Positions 54,847 through 64,000 of a stretch of 64,000 nt of DNA are shown piece by piece; position 1 is the first letter of the stretch; the number at the start of each line of letters is the position of its first letter. The notes beneath the pieces were generated by a model. It had not been told where the DNA came from. It searched no databases and saw only the letters and a program-made list of their open reading frames with translations. This DNA is from an uncultured Planctomycetaceae bacterium. Lineage in GTDB: Bacteria > Planctomycetota > Planctomycetia > Pirellulales > PALSA-1355. The position numbers and the translations under genes are program-made. The DNA is taken from positions 1,856,001 through 1,920,000 of the forward strand of contig CAWAUV010000007.1 in NCBI GenBank assembly GCA_963785305.1, in the 5' to 3' direction.

Positions 54847-55875
54847 TCAGGCCGGGCGGGCGTTGCGGGGAATTTCGTGGACCACATTCCACACGATGCC
54901 CAGCTTTTCGAGCAGGCAGATCGTGCGATAGGTCAGATCGAATTCCCACCACTTGTGGCCGTGCTTGGCCATGCGCTGGAAGGCGTGATGGTTGTTGTGC
55001 CAGCCTTCGCCGAAAGCCAACAGGCCGACCCACCAGAGGTTGCGGCTATCGTCGGAGGTTTCGTAGTTGCGATAGCCCCAGATATGGCTGGCCGAATTGA
55101 CGAACCAAGTCACATGCAGCACATACATGAACCGCATCGACATGCCCCAGAGCAAGAACGACACGCCGGTTTGCCAGTCCCAGCCCAAGTAGCCCCAGGT
55201 GAACAGCAACACGCCGCTGGCCAAGTGGATCGGCAGAAACAGATAATGCAGCACCCGAAACACGGGGTCTTTGGCCATGTCGGGAGCAAATCGCTCCTCG
55301 AGCGCTTGGCAATGGTCGCGGCCCATGTCGGGAATCACCCACAGCACATGGCTCCACCACTTGCCATCGCGCGGGCTATGGGGATCGCCTTCTTTATCGC
55401 TGTATAAATGGTGCTTGCGGTGGTTGGCCACCCAGGTGATCGCCGAGCCCTCGCCCGAAAGCCCGCCGACGAACGCCAAAAACCAGCGAACCGGCCGATA
55501 GGTGGTGAAGCTGCCATGCGTGAGCGCCCGATGGTAGCCCAGGCACACGCCGATCGAGCCGGTGAACCAGCAAAGAAACACGCAGATGGCCAACGCCTTC
55601 CAGGTGAAGAAAAACGGCGCCGCCAACACGCTGGCGTGGATCAGCACCAGCCACACCGTGACCGGCCAGTCGATGCCTTCGTTCCAGCGTCGCTCGCGGG
55701 AAATGCGGCCGGCGGTCGTGTCGGCGGCGATCACCGCCGCTTGGTGGCCTTGCGCCTTGAGCCGATTCTTGGTCGCGCGCTGCTTCTTGCCGCTCTTGCG
55801 AGCCTGTTTCTTTTTGCCTTTGCTCGAAGGCGAGGCCGGTTCGCGTTCGATGAGGGCTTCTTCGGGAGGTGTCAT
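54847..55875 (-). CDS. Acyl-CoA/lipid delta-9 fatty acid desaturase
   Basis: His boxes HRALTH, HRKHH, GEGWHNNHH. Confidence 0.93.
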   Translation of the reverse strand: MTPPEEALIEREPASPSSKGKKKQARKSGKKQRATKNRLKAQGHQAAVIAADTTAGRISRERRWNEGIDWPVTVWLVLIHASVLAAPFFFTWKALAICVFLCWFTGSIGVCLGYHRALTHGSFTTYRPVRWFLAFVGGLSGEGSAITWVANHRKHHLYSDKEGDPHSPRDGKWWSHVLWVIPDMGRDHCQALEERFAPDMAKDPVFRVLHYLFLPIHLASGVLLFTWGYLGWDWQTGVSFLLWGMSMRFMYVLHVTWFVNSASHIWGYRNYETSDDSRNLWWVGLLAFGEGWHNNHHAFQRMAKHGHKWWEFDLTYRTICLLEKLGIVWNVVHEIPRNARPA

Positions 55876-56254
55876 AAAAGGTTCCGCCGCTCCATAGCAG
55901 GAAAGAGATTCGGGTCAACGTCACACGGCAAACGCCTGACCGATCGCGCGGCGCCGGGCGCCGCTTGCCGACAACGCAAACGCACGCAGCCCGCTACCGG
56001 TCAACGTCGACGAAATTCTATCGCCGCTCCGCATCGCATGTGTCAGCGGCGCGTCGAACCTATGTAAAAAAGGGGTAAAACTCGCCGAGAGCGAGTGGCA
56101 CTGCCGGCAGCGATCGCCATAAGTCGTTGCTAGCAAGAAGCTTGCGGAAAATGTCGGCGTCGTGAAAAGGGCGGAAACCTGGCCCGCCTCGTGGGTTCCC
56201 ACGGCTTTTTCCGCAAACGCGCGCGGCGACCGAGACACGCGCCGCGACCATCGT

Positions 56255-58485
56255 TTAGAGCCGGTCGAGCGTGTCGATCCAGCGAGCCAACTCGACCAGC
56301 TCGGTCGGCGTGAGATAGCGGCCCTGGGCTCCAACCTCGACCACGCTCACCGGAAACTTCCGCTCGCGGAGCGCGTGAATTCCGGCGTCGAGCTGCCCGG
56401 TGAAGGGCGCCTTCGAGGCACGGGTCATGAAAAACGCCAAGGGACGCACGGGATCGGCGTCGGGCGGATCGATCGTGGCCGGCAACGGCGCATCGACCAC
56501 CGCCACGCCACGCACCAGATCGCGATTGGCCAGGGCCACGAGATAGGCTAGCGAACCGCCGCCCTCTTGGCCATGCACCACGAATCGAGCCGGATCAATC
56601 CGATACTGCTTGGCGACTTCGCCCACGAGGCGGCGAATCACTTTGGCTTCCGTCGGTTGCCAGCGCGCCGGATCGGCCGAGCGCGGCGCGAGCAAGATCA
56701 GATCGTGCGCCAAGCACAACGCTCGCCAGCGGTCGACGAGCTCCGCGTCTTGAAGTCGCTCCGATCCGTGCAGCCAGATCACAAGGCCATGGGCCACGGC
56801 CGGATTGTAGGTTTCTGGAACATAGGCGATGCACTTGTTCTCGAACTCGGGCAGCTTGATCGGCACGATACCCACGGCCGGTCGATCTTCGCCCGCGGCG
56901 CTCGGGGCGGCGGCATGCGCCGGCGGCAAGGCGCCCGGCAGCGATTCGGGCAGGTGGGCCAGCGAGACTTTTGCCTCGCGCTTGGCGCCATCGTGTTCGA
57001 ACTCGAGCGAGGCCAATTCGCCAGGCGCTTGTTCGCACAACTTCTCGGCCAGCTCGGCGGCCGACGCCACGGCGGCGCCCGCGAACGAAACGACGCGGTC
57101 GCCCGGCGCGATTCCCGCCTCGGCGGCCGGACTGCCGGGATACACATATCGCACGATCACCGGCTCCTTTTTCGCCGCTGGCCGCGCGGGACCCGACGAC
57201 CCACCGGCCGCGCCATCTTCGGGCGCGTCGCCTTCGGGGGTGTCGCTTTTGGGTGGCTTCTCTTCGTGCTTGTCGGGCGGTTGTTCCTTGGCTCCTTCGG
57301 CCGCGGGAGCGGCGTCGGGCGCTTCGGCGTCGCTCGATTCGCGCTCGAGAGGCCGCATCGGCAAGATTCCCAAAAACGGCCGGTCAAACGGCGGGAGCTT
57401 GTCGGCGAGCTCGATCTCGAAATCGAGCCGCTCCTTGCCCCTCGTCGCCACGAGCTTCACCCGGTCGCCCGCATAGAGCCCGCCGAGCGCCATTTTGAGC
57501 TGGGCAATTCGCGTGACCGGATGGCCCGCGGCTTCGATAATCCGATCGCCCACGCGCAAACCGGCTTTGAAGGCGGGCGAATTCGGGCGGCAGGCGCCGA
57601 GAATCGCCGGCTCCGCGAAAATATCATTGCTCTTGAGACTGATGCCGAGCACGCCCGGCCGCAGATCGTGGCCCGCCTCCAATCGCGGCGCCACCTTGAG
57701 CACATGCTCCAGCGGAATCGCGAAGCCGATGCCCGAGTCGTACCAATCGACTCCGGCGACTTCGCTGCCGGCGTCCGGGGCGAGCGGCGAAAGCACCCCG
57801 AGCACGCGTCCGCGAATGTCGACCAGCGGGCCGCCGTAGTTGCTGGGCGAAATCTTGGCGTCGGTTTGAATCGCCTTGCTCCAGATGCGCTCGACCGCGC
57901 TGACGATGCCCACCGAGATGCTCGGCCGATCGCCATCGAATGTTCTTCCCAGCGCGATCGCCCATTGACCCACTTGAATCTGATCGGCCGGCGCCGCCTC
58001 GGGCACGGTGAGCGGCGAGGGCGGTTCGACCTTGAGCAGCACCAGCTTGCGGTCGTGATCCGTGGCCACGAGCTTGGCCGCGGTCCGAGCGCCGCCGGCA
58101 AGCGTGACCAAAATCGAATCGGGTTTCTGGGCGAAGTTGAACGCGCTCGAAACAATGTAGCCATCGGCCGAGATTATGAGCCCGGTGGTCGATCCCGATC
58201 CGAGCAAGACATTTCCCACGCGCTCGAGCCCGCCGACGGTTTCGATTCTGACAACCGACGGCGCCACGCGGGCCACGGCCGCCTTGATCGCGTCTTCTTC
58301 GAGCGCGGCCAGCGATTCACCGGCCCGCGCGAATTGAGCGGTCAAGAGCAACGCGCCCGCGAGAAAGCCGCAAATACTCCAGAAGCCGCATGGAAAACGC
58401 GGCAGCCAAGCGCAACTCCGGCGCGAACAACGCCCCCCCGAAGGAAACGAACACGCGGCGATCGGCCGCGCGGGAACATCTTCAT
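56255..58485 (-). CDS. Trypsin-like/PDZ/PDZ/alpha-beta-hydrolase-like protein (catalytic residues altered; 5' frameshift)
   Basis: IQTDAKISPSNYGGPL, two PDZ (SPA..AG..GD), C-terminal LVIWLHG...GQEGGG. Confidence 0.75.
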
Positions 58486-59588
58486 GGCTGGTCTTTCGTG
58501 GGCTCGGGCACGGCGCCGGGCTTGAGCGACGCTTCGATCAACTCTTGCCCGCGCATCACGACGAGCTTGATTTCACTATCGGAGTCGAGCCGGGCGAGCT
58601 CCTCGGCAAGCTGCTTGCACGACTGCACCAGTCGCTCGCCGACAAACACGACCAGATCGTCGGCCCGGAGACGGGCCAAGTCGGCTGGCGAGCCGGGTCG
58701 CACCTCGTCGACAAAGGGCGGAGTGCGTTCGAGAATGTCGGGCACCAGCACCAAGCCGAGGGCGGCAAGGCTCGCGCCGCCACCGGCGGGCGGCGGGGTG
58801 TCGGGCCGGTCCGCGGGCCGCGGCTTGCCGGCGATGATCTGCTCGACACTCGCCGCGATCTGGCTCGCGGGCAGGGCATAGTTGAGCCAAGTGTGATTGT
58901 GGGCGTTGCGCAGCTCCTTGCCGAGCATGCCGAGGAGCTCGCCGCGCAGGTTCGTCGAGCGCGCCACCGGCGGCGCCAGGATTGTTGGTAATCGCGTCGA
59001 TCACGTAGACGGCGCCATGATAGGGAGTGACAAAGGCGCCGCGACGCGCGTCGAGCCGGGTTTGGGCGGCGATCACTCCATGTTGCACGCTGGCCGCTTC
59101 ATCGCCCACGGCCACGCCGAACAAATTGCTGAAAGCCAGCACCCGACTGCCCGGATCGGCCGCGGGGCTGGTCGAGAGATCGAAAAATGGAAGCGGTCCA
59201 TGCGCGTCGATCTTGATCACGGCGAGCTCCATCGCCGGGTTGCCACCCACGAGCTTGCCTTCGAACTTGCGGCCATCGTTGAGGGTGACGCTCAAGTAGT
59301 CGGTATCGAGCACATAGCTCCAGACCGTGAGCACATGGCCTTCGGCCGACACCAAGAAGCCGCTCTGATAGGGCTCGAGCCCGGCGACTCCACCCGCGCC
59401 GTGGATTTTGACCATCTTCGGCTGCGCCACGGCAATGGCGGCGGAAAACGGCGAGCTGCTCTCGATCGGCAGGCGGTCGTGCGCCGGGGCGCGGGCGCGG
59501 CGCTGGCATGCGACACCATCGCCGCAATCGCCAACGGGCATGCGAAGGACCAATATTTGACGCGGTTCGATCGCTTGAAGTGCATCAT
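58482..59588 (-). CDS. Trypsin-like/PDZ protein (catalytic Ser replaced), frameshifted
   Basis: SGFLVS.EG.VLT, DAITNNPGAAGGAL, PDZ GSPAD. Confidence 0.72.
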
Positions 59589-59659
59589 TTCGGACCGCCC
59601 TACCCCTTCCTTAAAGTGTGCGATTCAATCGCTCTCCGACTGTCTCCCGCGGAACGCTC

Positions 59660-61757
59660 CTAGGGCGCGGCGCCCTTTTCACCCGCGGTCGGCGCGGGCA
59701 GAGCGGCGGCCGGCTTGTCGACCGGTTTCTCGATCTGGGCGCTCGACTCGAACCGTCGCACATCAAATATATGATACACTCCGTCGCCATAGCGCACCTC
59801 GAATCGGCTGGGCAATAGCCGGCCCTGATGTTCTCGATAATCCTGAAAATACACTTCGCACGGGTCCGATTGTTCGTCGGGAAACATTTCGAGGGCCGCG
59901 AGCTGGCCCGAGCCGGGATCGAACACGAAACGGCAGTCGACCGCTTTGAAAGTCGCCGACGAGCACATCATGCAGCGGGCCGCGTCCCAAGAGTGGCTCC
60001 GAGCCGGCATAGCGGGTTTGGCCGAAATGGCTCGGACCGCCGACAAGCATTCGCCGCCAAAGCCAAAGCGTGGTGAGCAGGCCGCCGCTTTCGGGGGGCG
60101 CGAGCGACTTCGAGAGATTCGGGGTGTCGGCGTTGAGCGCGAGCTCGCCGCCGGGCATTTGGATCGTGGCCTGATGATCGTCGAGCGTGATTTGCCACTC
60201 GCCACCTTCGGCCAACTCGCCGCCTAGCGTCCATTTGCCGCCCGCCGTGGTGAAGTCGCCGCCCGACATCGCCGCTTTCCAAACCCGGTCTTGATTGAGC
60301 TGGTTGAAGAAATAGTTCACGTAGCCGGCCTTGGCCGTGAAGCGCTGCTTGACGATTTCCGGCAGCGGCGCCTTCGGCCGCGCATGCCGCGCGTGGGCCG
60401 GCTTCGGTTGGCCCGGCGCCGGCTGCTCCGGCTTCTTCGAGCGCGGTTTCTTGCCGGGCGCCGGTTGCTCGGGATTGGGTTCGATCTTGTGTTCCCCGGC
60501 GATCAGCGATTCGAGTTCCGCCGCGCGATGCACGCCCGAGAGCCGAACGAGAATATGCACCGGCTCGGCGGCGACGCCTTTATCGGCGGCGTTTTTCTCG
60601 GGAACACGGCGGTACGTGAGCGGCACTCGCCAGCCCTTGGGAAAAATGCCCAGCACATTTTTCAGCGCGTTGGCGCTTGTGATCGGGCGACCGCCGAACT
60701 CCAGGATTTCATCGCCATAGCGCAGCCCGCGACGGAAGGCGTCGGAAGCCTCGAGAATATCATCGACCAGCACGCGGCCGTCGGAGTTCGTGGCCACGCT
60801 GGCTCCCAGGGTCGCGTGGTCGACGACCCGGCCGGTCTTGAGTTGGCCGAGAAAGTTCTTGATCTGATTGATCGAGATCGCATAACCGACGCCCACATTC
60901 ACCCGCCCGCGCTTCTCGAACGAGCCGCGGCCGTTGATGCCGATCAGGCGACCTTCGGCGTCGAATAGTGGACCGCCGGAATTGCCGGGATTAATCGCCG
61001 CGTCGGCCTGGAGGCAATCGGTGTATTCCAAAAGCGTGCCCGCGGGGAATTGGTAGCGATGCACACCCGAGATCACGCCAAACGTGACCGTGGGTTTGAA
61101 GTCGGTGGCCAACAGAAACGGATTCCCGATGGCGAAGCACCAGTCGCCCACTCGCACCTGATCGCTATCGGCGAGTTCGGCGTGGGGAAAGTCGTCGCGG
61201 CCGAGCAGTTGCAACAGCGCGGCGTCGCCCGTGGGATCGACGCCCACGATCACGGCGTCGTAGAGCCGGCCATCGGAGAGGCCGCATTTCATGGCTTCGC
61301 CGGCTTCGCTCGTGACGTGGAAGTTGCTCACGGCATAACCATCGGCCGACACGAGCACCGCCGAGCCGCCACCCTGCCCGCCAGGCGCCATGACCGCCAC
61401 CGCCGCGGCGCTCGCCCGAGCGACCACGGCCACGCGGTCGTGTTCGGCCTCGAGCACGGCCGGATCGACCTCGGCGGCGCGGAGCGAGCTTGCCGCGACC
61501 GCGCAAGCCAACGCCGCCACGGCGCCCAACCTTGCAAAGCTGACGAGCGGGCGCGAGAACGGGCGCCCGGCGAGCGGTTCCTCCGCCCCGAGACGCGGTT
61601 CCTCCGCCCCGAGACGCGGTTCCTCCGCCCAGCGACGCGGTTCCTCCGCCCAGCGACGCGGTTTCTCCGCCAGCAAATCAGGCAATGAGGCCTCGCCTTC
61701 GGACACGCACGATCTTCCAAGACGGGTGTCAATCATTTGGTCACCTTGGCTTCGCAA
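59660..61757 (-). CDS. HtrA-like serine protease with PDZ, frameshift near 59945
   Basis: Triad intact: SNFHV, PTGD, INPGNSGGPL. Confidence 0.85.
61574..61671. repeat. 21-bp tandem repeat, ~4.6 copies, in the protease N-terminal region
   Basis: gcggttcctccgccc(cgag/agcg)ac units; encodes PRRWAEE/PRLGAEE. Confidence 0.9.
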
Positions 61758-63114
61758 AAATCCACGAAGTCGCCTATATCTAAATCCTCGCCGAAGTCGA
61801 CGATTATTTCCAGTCGTTTGACGCCCGCAATCTCGACGCTCACCGGCCGCGGTTCGCCGCCACCGCGGACATCGCCCTGCCAGAGCGATTTTCCGTCGCC
61901 GCGAATCTCGATTGCGGCGGCGCCGCTTTCGCCCGCCGAGTCGTCGATGCCCACCAGGGTCTCGAATCGTTGAAATGCCCCCGGCAAACGATATGCCACC
62001 ACTCCGCGGCTATGAAGCGAAAGCCCCTTGCGATAGCTCTTGCCGCCCACGCGGAGCTGCCCGGGCCGCGGCCCTCGGTCTCGCCGCATGCGGAAAAAGG
62101 CGTTCCACGACTCGATCGGCTCCTTGGGAGCAAAATAAGGAGTGTACTCCGACGCCACCGGCGCCAAGTCGCTCAAAAAACGGACTTTGCCCGCTGAAAA
62201 ATCTAGCTCGCGCACCTCGCTCAAAGGGCCATCCCAGCCGACGCCCGCTGGCGATGTGAGCCGGATTTGGCCATCGGCGAGGCTGATTTTGCGAGCCGAT
62301 AATCGGGTTCCATCGCCGAGCGTCACTTCGCAAATCGGCTCCTCGAGCGGGGCGCCGGCGGCGTGGTAGTAGACAAGACCCTCGATTTTCGCCCGCTTCA
62401 CCGCGAGGCTTTCCTTGTCGACCATGAATTTGAGTTCGTCGGGCCCCAGGTCGCCGAGCACGCCTTCGAGATAGTCGAGAGCGCCTTTTTTTCGCACCAC
62501 AAGCGTGTCGGAGGCGGTTTTGGCGGCGAGTGCTTCTTCCCACTGCTTGTCGGCGCCCTCGGCCGGGTCGGCATTGATGAAACGAATCCAGCGCAGCGAT
62601 CGAGTGGGCGCCGTGATTGCGCCGCCGCCGGCGAGCGTCACTTGGGCGCTGCCGCGGGCGATCGATACATCGGCGGCGGCGAGCAGCGAGTGGTCGGTGA
62701 GCTCGACCATCATGCGCGGCTTCGTCGCGGGCGGGGCGGCGCTTCCGCCGGCGCCGAGCGACACCGAGAGCAGCTTCTTGAGCGGCGCCTGCACGGTCTT
62801 GTCGCCCACTCGCACCGCAATTCCTTCCTCGGACAAACCAACGAGCTCGCCGCGAATGGATTCGTGGTCGGTGGTTTCGAAGTCGACGCTGGCCGGCGAC
62901 GCCGCGGGAGTTGTCGTGATTTCGGTCGGCGGCACGACAGACGCGGCGACGGCGGGCGGCGCGGCGCGGGGTCGTCGGCCCGAAGGTTGCCCGGCGGCGC
63001 GGCCCAGGTCACGCACATGATCCCCAGCGCCGCGATGCTCGCGCGCGAAGCGACGGCGCGGCGCTCGTTCGCGACGAAAAGTACTTTCACTTGGTTCTGC
63101 ATTCGCGGGCTCAT
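61733..63114 (-). CDS. NPCBM/NEW2 domain protein (5' frameshift)
   Basis: C-terminal KGLSLHS, F...VGIDD, GVKRLEIIVDFG..D.GD. Confidence 0.75.
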
Positions 63115-63165
63115 GACGAAAAAATTGGCAAGTTCAAAATCCGGGCAACGCCTCGCACGAGCCCA

Positions 63166-64000
63166 TTACGGCTCGCTCGGTTCGCCCTCGCTGGCGAGCT
63201 TGCGGAAGTATTGCTCGATCAGGTCGCGGTAATGGGCCGGATAGTCCTTGCCGATCTGCTGCAGGGCTTCTTGCCGCTGCTTGGGCGGAAGATCGCCCCA
63301 GCCCGAGCCGGCGCCCAGCGGCTTTTTATCCACCTGGCCGGGACCTTTGCCGCCCAGGATGCGGCTATCGGGCGCCGGGCTCGATGACCGAATGTTGCCC
63401 GCCCCGCCGGCTGCCATCGCCTTTTGCTGCTGCTTTTCCATTTCTTCGATCATCTTGTCGAGGGACCGGATCACGCCGTCTTCCACATCGCGCACCTTGG
63501 GCCCGGCGCAGTCCGAGATCGAGCCGCCGTTCGATGTCTTGCATCCGTCGGGCAATATGGTCCAGCGATTCTTCTTCCAGGCCCTTGAGATCGGCCAGCA
63601 TCAGCCGGGCGAGCGATATGTAGCGGCGCGGGGCGTCGTCGGGCCGTTCCAGGAGCCGCTTGATCGTGGCGACCGCCGCGTCGGGCTTGAGCAGATGATG
63701 ATAGGCCACGCTCTGATAGAACAGCAGCCCCGCGGGATCGACCACATCTTCGGGCTTGAGGCCCTCGAGCTGGGCAAACGCCTCTTCATACATGCGTTCG
63801 TGCGCGAGCCAGCGGCCCTGGAGCAGCCGCAGGTTCGAGCGCTCGAAGGCCGGCGTCGTGTCGGCGCTGAGCCAAACGAACTCGGGAGCGGCGAAGGTGG
63901 CCCGCTCTTTCCGGCAAAGATCGATCAATTCGCGCGTGCGCGGGTCGACCAGCGCGCAGGTGGCGGCCACGCGCACCAGCAGCGCTTCGCCCGAAAGCAC
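63166..64000 (-). CDS. Planctomycete hypothetical protein (partial, frameshift near 63515)
   Basis: LDHIARRM.DIERRL, WG.LPPK.R..ALQ.I...YPAHYR..IEQYFRKLA. Confidence 0.6.

Overview
GC-rich bacterial window, very likely a Planctomycete (Pirellulales-like gene set; inference). Many housekeeping genes are split by single-base frameshifts, which suggests indel errors in the assembly. The backbone carries MFS, dcd, nth, a PilC/GspF-family gene, tyrA, purL/purQ, HAD, radical SAM, glcD/glcE, pyrD, IHF, treS/treZ, ilvN/ilvC, a desaturase and a trypsin/PDZ cluster. Three accessory blocks interrupt it. (1) At ~14.4-20.1 kb: a YeeB/YeeC-like helicase and GIY-YIG pair, a BrnT-like toxin, an internally deleted IS66 and DUF2513. 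(2) At ~23.1-26.2 kb: RHS fragments with a REase-like toxin tip and a putative immunity gene. (3) At ~30.0-38.5 kb: a Type I R-M operon (hsdR-hsdS-darT-darG-hsdM). The standout is block 3. A complete REP-associated tyrosine transposase (RAYT, HUH/Y1) domain, bracketed by inverted GTAG-REP hairpins, sits in frame inside HsdR. In total 12 copies of the same 23-bp GTAG-REP lie at 6 sites inside hsdR, hsdS and hsdM. All keep the reading frame, are translated as V(E/D)AAS(R/C)R or R(R/Q)DAAST-type peptides, and show compensatory stem changes. This looks like a RAYT/REPIN system living inside, and remodelling, a defence machine.
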